DNA of 64,000 bases from Thermodesulfobacteriota bacterium. GTDB taxonomy: Bacteria; Desulfobacterota; Binatia; Bin18. Positions within the stretch are counted from its first letter, which is position 1; every line of letters begins with the position of its first letter. Position numbers and translations under genes: made by a program. A model generated the notes under the pieces. The model had not been told where the DNA came from, did not search any database, and worked only from the letters and a program-made list of their open reading frames with translations. The stretch is from positions 4,064,001 to 4,128,000 of the forward strand of contig OZ219926.1 in NCBI GenBank assembly GCA_964291405.2, given 5' to 3'. Below are positions 27,602-36,740 of this stretch, piece by piece.

Positions 27602-30600
27602 ATGCCCCCCCTCCGTCGTTGCCCCATCTCTCCCTCCTGCCTGTTCGCTCTCGCCTGTCTACTCCTCCTGTCCGTGTATCGGGTTCCGGCCGTCAGGGCG
27701 CAAGCCGTACTGGAGAACCCGGCCCCGGATTCCGCGCAGAGTGGGGTCGGAGTGATTTCGGGCTGGGCGTGCGAGGCGAATCGGATTGAGATTCAGTTCA
27801 ACGACCGGCCGCCCCAAGCCGCGGCCTACGGCACGAGCCGACCCGATACCCAGGGGGTGTGTGGGGATAGCAATAACGGCTTTGGGCTGCTGTTCAACTG
27901 GAACCGGCTGGACGATGGGCTCCACACCGTGCGGGCGCTGCTCGATGGTGCGCGGAGTTTGCGCGGACCCAAGTGAGCGTCACCACCTTTGGCGAGGAGT
28001 TTCCACGCGGCTTCCGGGGCAGCGTAGCCGTCGCCGACTTTCCCAACTCGGGCGAGCGGCGGACCCTGGTGTGGCAACAGTCCCAGCAGAATTTTGTCAT
28101 CACCGCTGGTCAGCCCAGCCAAGGCGGAGGCGCGAGCGGGGGTTCTCCGCAGGTGTTGGAAAACCCCCCGCCGGGCTCATTTCAGAGCGGCGTGGGGGTA
28201 CTCTCGGGCTGGGTGTGTGACGCCGAGCGGGTCGAACTCATTATCGGGGACTTGCCCCCCCAAAGAGCCGGCTACGGGACCGAACGGCTGGACACGGCCG
28301 GGGCGTGTGGGGATACGGACAACGGCTTTGGACTCCTGTTCAACTGGAATCGCCTCAGAGACGGACTCCACACGGTCCGGGCCCTGGCCGATGGGCGAGA
28401 GTTTGCCCAAGTGACCGTGCAGGTGACCACCTTGGGGGAAGAGTTTGCGCGGGGGCTGAGCCAGGAGGTCACCCTGGCCGACTTCCCGGAGATGGGCACC
28501 GACACCACCCTGGTGTGGCAGCAGGCCCAACAGAATTTTATCGTGACCACTGCCCTGCCCACCCAGCGGCAGGTGTCAGTCAGCCCGGCGGTTACTATCC
28601 CGGCGGGTGTCACCTCCGTCTCAGCGTCGAATGTCAGCGTCACCGCCCTGGCTCCTCCACCAGCGAGGTGCGGGCCAGTCCCGCGCCCACGCTACTACTG
28701 GCCGAGGACGATGGGGGGACAGTGCTGCTGACCCTGGCCGATCTGGACGGGGGGTTGCTGGGCGAGGGCTCCGGCCAGGTGGAGGCCAGCATCGACAGCA
28801 CCGCCGTGACCCTGGTGGCGCTGACCGCCGGAGTTCCGCTGCATGCCATCGACCAGAGCCTGGTCGACGAGATCCAAGCCCACGCGCAGTATCCGGCCTT
28901 ATGCCAAGCTATGACCCAGGCCTTGCAGGCGGACAAGAACTTTCTGGACCAGATTCTGACCTATCCCGAGGTGATGCGGCTGATTCGGGAGGTGGCGACG
29001 TTTCAGACCAACACGGCGCAGGCCCTCGCTGCGCCCATCGCCGCGGCCCCGCCGCCTCCCCAGCCGACGAGTATCGCGCAGGCGATTGCTGCCGCCCTGG
29101 CCGACCTCCAGCAGAGCGCCAGTATCCAAGCGGCAGGGCTGCCAGATGGCGAGCGCCACGACTTTGTGTGGTGGAGTCCCTGGGACGAGCATGAGCCGTG
29201 GCGCTGGTTTGACAGCGGTATTCTCTTCGCGCCGCCGTTTCTGGCCAATTCCCTCCATCCCGACTACCGTTCCCTGCATGCGACGGGCAATCCCAACTAC
29301 GTGGCGTATGCGCTGGAGTTGTACACGCAGGAGGCCTATCGGGACTGGCTCTACATCTCGGGCAACGGGTCGGTGGTGGAGAAGGTCGGCAATTCGGGCG
29401 CGGCCCAACGTCTCATTACGGCACGGCCGGGAGGGGCAGGGTATCGGTTCAGCCCGGATATTGCCCAGGTCCGCTTTGCCCGCTATCGCTTGAGCGCTGG
29501 CAGCTGGCGGGCCGGGATCCTGAGCTTTATCAACACCTTCAATATGGCCTTGTCAGTGGTGCATCTCCTGGCCGATGTCCGGGCGCTCTCGACGTGGTTG
29601 GATACGCTGGGAGAGCTGGATGATGCCGTGCAAGCGGCCCTGCTTCCGTGTTTTGTCGATATAGCGACCGGCCTGCAACCCCCGGACGAGACGGCGGGTG
29701 ATGCGGATGAACAGGCGTCGAGATTTCTCACGTCGACTTTGGGAAATACGTTTAGGAAGGCGTTCAACTGCCTCCTGAGTAACCCGAGTGCCTTGCTAAG
29801 GAAGCTAGGGCTCGACGGTGACTTACTCAAAGACATGATCAATGAGACGCTCCACCGAACGCTGCCCAAAGTGTTCGCCAAGACGTCGAACCCGGCGGGC
29901 TGGGCAGCCTTGATCTTGGACGGGGCGAATACGACCGCGCCGGTCCTCGGTTCGTATTTTCTGCCGGCCGCGGGTGATGTGGACTATGCGCTGGAGTGGG
30001 CGACGACGGCCGACGGGACGCCGTATATTGTCCGGGTGACTGAGCAGCCGGTGCGGGTGACCGGCCCGCCGATTGAGCCGCCGGGGCCGCCGGCACGGCC
30101 GACCAACCTGCGGGTGAGTGCCAGTGGGGCGACGGTGACGGTGCGCTGGGATGCTGTGGCGGGGACGGGCATCCGCTATGTGCTGTACCAGCACTATGGG
30201 GGCGGCCGGTATTGGGCGCGGGAGGTAGACGGACGGAGCACGACCTTTGACGACCGGCAGGCCAATACGGAGTATTGTTTTACGGTGGTGGCGGTGAATC
30301 CGGCCCGGCAGGAGTCGGCCCCGTCGGCCAGACAGTGTGTCCGGACGGGGACGGACGATGACGGCGAACTACCACCGCCGGGCACGACATTCACGGACCC
30401 GCTCACGGCAGGCGGGGTGGGGCCGGAGATGGTAGTGCTGCCAGCAGGTTCATTCCGCATGGGATGTCTGAGCGATGACAACGATTGCCGGGATGCCGAG
30501 TTGCCGGTGCACCAGGTGACCGTTCCGTCATTTGCGATAGGGAAGTATGAGGTGACGTTTGCCGAGTGGGATGCGTGCGTGGCGGGCGGGGGATGCAAGG

Positions 30601-31127
30601 GGTACCAGCCGCCCGATCAGGGCTGGGGGCGTGGCGACCGGCCGGTGATCAACGTGAGCTGGGAAGCCGCGCAGTCCTACGTGATATGGCTGTCGGCGCA
30701 GACGGGCGAGACCTACCGGTTACCGAGCGAGGCGGAGTGGGAGTACGCGGCGCGGGCGGGGACGGAGACGAAGTATCACTGGGGCAACAGCATTGTTGGA
30801 CAGAACCGGGCGAACTGCAAAGGCTGTGGCAGTCTGTGGGACGGTGAGGAGACTGCGCCGGTGGGGAGTTTTGGGCCGAACGCGTTTGGGCTGTACGATG
30901 TGCACGGGAATGTGTGGGAATGGGTGCTAGATTGTTGGAACTCGCATTATGTGGGGGCGCCAAGTAACGAGCAGGCGTGGGAAGCAGGACAGTGTGATTG
31001 GCATCCCATACGCGGCGGTTCCTGGGAATCCACTCCAAGGGCGCTCCGTTCGGCCTTCCGCGGCGCTCAAGGCGCTGGCAGTTTGGGCATCCGCACCGGG
31101 TTCCGTGTGGCCCGGTCGCTGCCTTAG
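27602..31127 (+). pseudogene. Large secreted protein (signal peptide, two LENP...FNWN repeats, unknown middle, FN3, FGE-sulfatase/CLec domain) broken by two frameshifts
   Basis: Repeat alignment shows a shift near 27952 (GGTGCGCGGAG, 2 extra nt); a second shift near 28650 (CTGGCTCC, 1 nt missing). C-terminus has RLPSEAEWEYAARAG, NAFGLYDVHGNVWEW, RGGSW, GFRVAR. Confidence 0.82.
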
Positions 31128-31160
31128 TTCCTGAATCTCTACTTCTTCACCTTTGGGGGT

Positions 31161-31181
31161 CCAGGGGGCGTCGTCCTTTGG
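31161..31181. other. Degenerate GC-rich hairpin downstream of the CLec gene (DGR cruciform-like)
   Basis: CCAGGGGGC-GTC-GTCCTTTGG: 9-bp stem with three G:T pairs, preceded by a pyrimidine-rich tract. Confidence 0.5.
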
Positions 31182-31318
31182 CCGAATTTCTGGGAACCGG
31201 CGAAGGGGGTTGCGTGACAGGCAATGCGACAGTGGCTTCACTGCCGCGTTGACCCGAGCGTCGCCGGTTGTATAGGATGCCAACGCATTTTTTAGCCTGA
31301 ACAGGAGAAAGGGAACCA

Positions 31319-32152
31319 ATGAAAGCCTATGCACACCCTGAAGTACTGGTTGATCCGCAGTGGGTTGCCGCACATCTGAATGATCCGCAGGTGCGCATCG
31401 TTGAGGCGCATATCGATCCTGCGCCGTATGAATCCGGTCATATTCCGGGGGCAGTTTTTTGGAACGGTTTTGAGACGCTGCTCACACCGGACTGGCGCAT
31501 CAATTTTGACATAGCCGCAGTCGAACAGTTCTGCGGACGGTCGGGCATGGATAACGACACCACCGTGATCGCCTATAGCGACCATAGTGCGATTGCGCCG
31601 TGGGTATTCTGGTTTCTCAAATCCGTCGGTCACGGTGAGGTGCGTGTCCTCAATGGCGGACGCAAGAAATGGGTTACCGACGGCCATGCGCTGACGACCG
31701 AGGTGCCGACCATTACGGCTACGAGCTATACCGCCCGTGAGCCCGACCCGGACCTGCGGGCGCTACAGGAGCAGGTTCGGGCTGCCGTTGGGAAAGAGAA
31801 CCAAGTCCTGCTGGACGTCCGCACTCCCGAGGAATATCGGGGTGAATTATTCCTGCTGGAGCCGCCCCAAGGCAGCGAGCGGGGCGGCCATATTCCAGGT
31901 GCGACCCATCTCTATTATGAAGCTGCTCTCAACGACGACGAGACGTTCAAATCTGCGGACGAGCTGACCGCCCTCTACGCGAGCCATGGCGTCACCGCGG
32001 ACAAGGAAACGATCACGTACTGCGCGGTTGGCATCCGCTCGGCCCATACCTGGTTTGTGCTGACGCAACTGCTCGGCTATCCGGACGTCCGCAGTTTTGA
32101 TGCCTCGTGGAATCTGTGGGGTCGGCTGCCGGATACGCCGGTTGAGGCATAA
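31319..32152 (+). CDS. Two-domain sulfurtransferase (rhodanese)
   Basis: GHIPGA twice, LNGG, LLDVR, YCAVGIRS. Confidence 0.94.
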   Translation: MKAYAHPEVLVDPQWVAAHLNDPQVRIVEAHIDPAPYESGHIPGAVFWNGFETLLTPDWRINFDIAAVEQFCGRSGMDNDTTVIAYSDHSAIAPWVFWFLKSVGHGEVRVLNGGRKKWVTDGHALTTEVPTITATSYTAREPDPDLRALQEQVRAAVGKENQVLLDVRTPEEYRGELFLLEPPQGSERGGHIPGATHLYYEAALNDDETFKSADELTALYASHGVTADKETITYCAVGIRSAHTWFVLTQLLGYPDVRSFDASWNLWGRLPDTPVEA

Positions 32153-32155
32153 CAG

Positions 32156-33868
32156 CTAAAACTGGTACGTCATCCGCACAACGGTCTCGTCCCGTTTGCG
32201 ATACAGCCCGCCCAAACCCCAGCTCTCGTCCACTTGGCCGCCAAAGCCGGGCACGAAGAAATAATTCTGGGCGAGCCGGAAGATCAGCCGGGGCGTGATG
32301 TAGTAATCTACTACCCAGCCGAGCTGGGAACTGTAGTGGTTGATCGGGTCAATAACAAAGAAGGCCACCGGCAGGAGCTTGCCTCGCATATAGGTGGTAC
32401 TGGCGGCAATCGTGCCGACGGCTTCCCAGTTGCGGACTTTATCCGTGGCTGAAATCTGCCCCTGAAAACGGGACGTGCTGGTCGGAATATACTGCCAGAA
32501 GACCTGCGAGGTTAGAAAAAACGTGGAGCGGCGGTTGAGGGTGCGAATCCAGGTCGGTCGGTCAAAGCCGATAAACGCCTGCCAGACATCGCTCTTCTTG
32601 ATCCCGAGGAAGCCGCTCTCTATAGGGTTCTCGCCCTCATCCAGAATCATAATGGGCTTGCGTTTATCGGCGAAGGGCTTGCCGAACTCATAAATCGTTT
32701 CCATGCGCCACACGCCCTCGGTATAGTCATCGTCCGCATAACTGGCGGAGACGCCGACCGCGTGAGTGTAGGGATAGTAGGCTTCAGCCGGCAGAATACC
32801 GCGCCCGAGCAGGGCGGCATTGCTGCGCGCCACATCCGCTATGGTTTCACATCCGACCGTGCCGAGCCGGCACTGGTTGAGGCCGCGCAGAGCGGAGGTG
32901 TTGACGCCGTCATCGTGGGCCGTGCGTTGATACAGATAGTTCAGCGTTACGGTCACGCCCTGCGGTGTGGTCGCGCCCAGGCGGAAACCGACCTGGCTGT
33001 TCTCGTCTATGCTTTTGCTATAGTTACCCTGCCGACCCAGGACCGTGCGGTTGAGGAGCTTGAAATTTCCTCCGGTCGGACTCCCTCCAAACGGATTCGC
33101 ACTTGGCGAACTCCAGGGCCGTCCCGGAGAGAAGCCAAACTTGAGCGGCACCCACAGTCCCGGCACCCAATAGGACTCGGTATACACATCGCTCAAATCC
33201 CCAATCCGCCCAAAACGATAGGTGGCGCGTATCATCCAGTACGGAATACGCAGATCGTCCCAGGTCTCCTGGCCGACTCCGCCCCCGTGCCAGGTGGTAT
33301 CCAGCGCATTGGTACGGTCGAGCATACGCAGATTGTCAGACTCTCCCCACACCACCATCTGGCGGCCAAGCCGCAAGGACAGGGGAATCTTGGCAAACTC
33401 GATGTCGGTGAAGACTTCGCGAAACGTACTCTCAAAGCGCAGGGCGTGGGCCGCTTTGTGAGAGAGGTCGGACAGTTTTCCGTCCCGACCGGCCCGACCG
33501 CGATAGGGAAACACGTCCTGGCGCGGACCGGGTTGAAAATCGTACACGCTGTCATACACGCCCCGGTACAGGCCGACAAAGTGGGCGTAGTCTATGCCCG
33601 GCAGGGAGAAGCGGCTGAAAGCCTGGCCGTTTTTGATCCAGTCATATTCCACGCGCGCGCGTATGACGTTGCGCTGCTGAATGATCGACCATTTGTCCGG
33701 TTCCGGATGACGAAAGATCTGCTGCGTTTGCAGATTGCCGGACAGGGAAAGATCACCATAGGTGAAGTCTGCGTGGGCGAAGGAAAAGGGAAGGGCGAGG
33801 GTCAGCACGCCCAGCGCAAGGAAAATACAGCCAGACCGTAAGAGAGCCTTGTAATGAAATATGTTCAT
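32156..33868 (-). CDS. DUF1302-family outer-membrane protein
   Basis: Signal peptide, RLGRQMVVWGESD, terminal TYQF; downstream of a DUF1329 gene. Confidence 0.85.
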   Translation of the reverse strand: MNIFHYKALLRSGCIFLALGVLTLALPFSFAHADFTYGDLSLSGNLQTQQIFRHPEPDKWSIIQQRNVIRARVEYDWIKNGQAFSRFSLPGIDYAHFVGLYRGVYDSVYDFQPGPRQDVFPYRGRAGRDGKLSDLSHKAAHALRFESTFREVFTDIEFAKIPLSLRLGRQMVVWGESDNLRMLDRTNALDTTWHGGGVGQETWDDLRIPYWMIRATYRFGRIGDLSDVYTESYWVPGLWVPLKFGFSPGRPWSSPSANPFGGSPTGGNFKLLNRTVLGRQGNYSKSIDENSQVGFRLGATTPQGVTVTLNYLYQRTAHDDGVNTSALRGLNQCRLGTVGCETIADVARSNAALLGRGILPAEAYYPYTHAVGVSASYADDDYTEGVWRMETIYEFGKPFADKRKPIMILDEGENPIESGFLGIKKSDVWQAFIGFDRPTWIRTLNRRSTFFLTSQVFWQYIPTSTSRFQGQISATDKVRNWEAVGTIAASTTYMRGKLLPVAFFVIDPINHYSSQLGWVVDYYITPRLIFRLAQNYFFVPGFGGQVDESWGLGGLYRKRDETVVRMTYQF

Positions 33869-33939
33869 AACGAAACGGGATTGAGTGGGAAAGCAGGAGG
33901 CCGAGCGGAGCGTACTCAGCGGCCTCTTCACTGGAACCG

Positions 33940-35187
33940 CTAGCGCCCTCTGGCGACAATCTTGTTGAGATTGAAAAAGTCGGCAGGTATGGGCTCATTG
34001 TAGATGATTTTGGTCACTTCAGTGACAGACCCAAACTCGTTCTGATAGTCAATCATGGTCTCACCGGTCCACACCGGCACGCGCACATGTTCGTTGCCGG
34101 GATTGAATTTCGGGTTTCCGTACAACTCGAACATGGTCTTGATATGCGTCCCGGCGTGGTCATACATGAGCGCATAAACGGGCACAAACATCTGGCGGTC
34201 GAGATACAGAACGCGTTTGCCATACGGATGATCGTCGGCCTTGGGCATACCTTCGAGGACCACCATCTCGCGTAACTCCCAGGGATCGACCGGATACCAG
34301 CCGCCGCGCCCGCCAAAGGTCGTTTTTACCGCCTGGACACCGACCGGCGCGAGGAGGGTCTGTATGCCGACCAACTTCCACGTATAGCTGCGGATATAAC
34401 CGGAGAAGCCAAAGTAGTCGTCGTTCAGCATACCCGAGTCGAGCGCAGCATCTTCGTGTTTCACAATGATCTTGCGAATCTTGCGTCCGGCCGGGGAATA
34501 GACCCAGTCGTCATCCTTGGCCTGGTCACGGACATGACGATGCTTCAGACTAATCGTATTTTTTAGATCAAACGGCGCCGTGATGTGGTAATACTCCTTG
34601 TACAGCAAACCCTCTTCCTGCCAGATGTTGGGGTCGGGACCATCCGTTGGCGGTCGATGCATGCCGAAGGCCACGACATAATAGTTTTCGATCTCCCGGT
34701 TGACGGACCCGGACTCTTCGATGAGGCGAAACGTATTCCAAACCTGCATGATATTGCCAAAGTCGCGGTGGCGATAATTCCACGCCGCTTTGAGCCCGGC
34801 TTGTTCATCGGCCGGGTCGAGAATGGGGAAGGGCATGCCGGCCACATAGCCACCGAGTTCGCCGTCGGCGCCAAGTTGCACGTGTTCGGCGTGGTTCTGC
34901 GTGGCCGTGATATAGGCTTCGCTCACCGGCAGGTCGGTCGTTTCCCGGACTTCAAACGCCAGTTCGCCGGCTTTGATCCTGTTGAGGATTTCGACCGGCA
35001 GATAACCCTGGGCCGCCTGCCACGAATCTGGTCCAATCTTCGTTCCGGGAGACAGGCCCTCCACCGACGGCTTGCCGTTGGCATAGGGATGAAACATCGC
35101 CTGTATGGCCGTGGCAGACATCTCTGCCCAGGCAGGCGATGACCAGAGCAGGCCGCAGATACTAAAAACCCAGAGCAATTTTTGCAT
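33940..35187 (-). CDS. DUF1329-family secreted protein
   Basis: Signal peptide from ATG 35187, AGMPFP, KAAWN, WVYSPAGRKIRK, HPYGKR. Confidence 0.87.
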   Translation of the reverse strand: MQKLLWVFSICGLLWSSPAWAEMSATAIQAMFHPYANGKPSVEGLSPGTKIGPDSWQAAQGYLPVEILNRIKAGELAFEVRETTDLPVSEAYITATQNHAEHVQLGADGELGGYVAGMPFPILDPADEQAGLKAAWNYRHRDFGNIMQVWNTFRLIEESGSVNREIENYYVVAFGMHRPPTDGPDPNIWQEEGLLYKEYYHITAPFDLKNTISLKHRHVRDQAKDDDWVYSPAGRKIRKIIVKHEDAALDSGMLNDDYFGFSGYIRSYTWKLVGIQTLLAPVGVQAVKTTFGGRGGWYPVDPWELREMVVLEGMPKADDHPYGKRVLYLDRQMFVPVYALMYDHAGTHIKTMFELYGNPKFNPGNEHVRVPVWTGETMIDYQNEFGSVTEVTKIIYNEPIPADFFNLNKIVARGR

Positions 35188-35367
35188 AATTCCCCCTGTT
35201 GGCCGGCGGTCTCCCTGGCCCGTCAAACCGACCGAGACGCCAACCGATAACGCCGCCTTATACCAGTTCGTTCGATCTCCAGCAACGAAGCCAGCGCAGT
35301 GCTCCTTCTCCTTGTGTCCCAAACGTTTGCCTGCTAGGTGTCGGCTCAGTGCACTGAGGAGGGATCT

Positions 35368-36519
35368 ATGGCCGCTCCAGTCATTATTTCGAGTGATAGT
35401 CATATCGTCGAACCGCCCGATCTCTACACCAAGGGTATGCCCGCAAAGCTGCTGGACCAGGCGCCGGTGATGAAGCGCTATAAAACCGAGGATGGAAGAG
35501 ACGGGGACGCGTGGTTTCTTGGCGACACTCAGGTCGCCACCTTGGGAGGCGTGACCCAAGCGGGTCGGCGCTTTGATGACGGTTCGACCATCGATTTTGT
35601 CAGTATTTGGGAAGACGTGAGAGAAGGGGCGTATGAGCCGCGGGCGATGATTGCCGAGTTGGAGATGGATGGCATCTGGGGAGCTGTGCTGCAGCCGAGT
35701 CAGGGGTTATTCTGGTACCACCTGGAGGACAGCGACCTCCTGTCTGGTATTTGTTACGCCTATAACGACTGGATTGCCGATTTTTGTACCGCCTATCCTG
35801 AACGGTTGCGCGGTATTGGTATGATCAACGTCGATGATCCTGCACAGGCGAGTACCGAGCTCAAGCGCTGTGCTGAGCTCGGGTTAGCCGGAGTATTTAT
35901 TCCCGTTACCCCGCTGCCCGGACGTCCCTACCGCGATCCCCTGTACGAGCCCTTCTGGGCGGTTGCCCAAGAGACGGACATGCCGCTCTTAATGCACTTG
36001 GCGACGCAGCGGGCCAACGTGCCTGGCTGTGAGATCTCGATCAGTTTTTCGACCTTCACGCCAGCCGGACTCCGGCCAACTCAAGATTACTGGGTCCGCT
36101 ATGCGCTGACCGATATTATTTTTGCTGGGGTGTGCGAGCGCTATCCGCGTATCAAGATTGGCTCTGTCGAGCACGAAATCTCATGGGCTCCGCACTGGCT
36201 GCGGCAGATGGATTATACGTATACCGACCGGCCGGTGTACGCGAAATTCAAATCCAAAGAGGGGCTGTTGCCCAGTGACTACTGGCGCCGAAATATGTTT
36301 GCTGTATTTCAGGAAGATGAGGTCGGCGTTCTGCTGCGACACCGGATCGGCATGGACACTATGCTGTGGGGCAACGACTTCCCGCACTCGGAATCGACTT
36401 GGCCGAAATCGATGGAGTTCCTGGAGAAGATGTTTGCCGGGGTACCTGCGGCCGAACGCCGTCAATTGACGCGGGATAATGCTGTGAGGCTCTTTGGGTT
36501 CTCTCCTCCAGAGGCATAA
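35368..36519 (+). CDS. Amidohydrolase_2 family metal-dependent hydrolase
   Basis: SSDSHIVEP, AYNDW, WGNDFPHSESTWP. Confidence 0.93.
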   Translation: MAAPVIISSDSHIVEPPDLYTKGMPAKLLDQAPVMKRYKTEDGRDGDAWFLGDTQVATLGGVTQAGRRFDDGSTIDFVSIWEDVREGAYEPRAMIAELEMDGIWGAVLQPSQGLFWYHLEDSDLLSGICYAYNDWIADFCTAYPERLRGIGMINVDDPAQASTELKRCAELGLAGVFIPVTPLPGRPYRDPLYEPFWAVAQETDMPLLMHLATQRANVPGCEISISFSTFTPAGLRPTQDYWVRYALTDIIFAGVCERYPRIKIGSVEHEISWAPHWLRQMDYTYTDRPVYAKFKSKEGLLPSDYWRRNMFAVFQEDEVGVLLRHRIGMDTMLWGNDFPHSESTWPKSMEFLEKMFAGVPAAERRQLTRDNAVRLFGFSPPEA

Positions 36520-36534
36520 CGTGGGCTACAGAAA

Positions 36535-36556
36535 GGGGCGGTAACGATACCGCCCC
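36535..36556. terminator. Hairpin after the amidohydrolase gene
   Basis: GGGGCGGTA-ACGA-TACCGCCCC. Confidence 0.6.
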
Positions 36557-36740
36557 AACTCACCTTTCTCAGCCGCTTATCTCTCGCGCGGTTCGCCATC
36601 ATATTTCTTTCGTTGACTATCATTGGCTCCTTGAGAGCATTGAACTGTACAAGATAACAAGGTAGGGTGTCTCAGTTGTGCAGACGAACCAAGATAAGGG
36701 TTTCCTTCCTCATAACGAGTGGTAGTGAAGGGGCAACAGC

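Noticed and set aside
32762-33841. Long antisense or alternative-frame ORFs (also 17348-18172, 24414-25475, 52429-53634, 59010-59963)
   Set aside because: Shadows of well-supported genes in GC-rich DNA, with no motifs of their own
36520-36740. RiPP precursor or cobalamin riboswitch near the radical SAM gene
   Set aside because: No small ORF with a ribosome-binding site and no B12 box; the single ACGA hairpin fits a terminator
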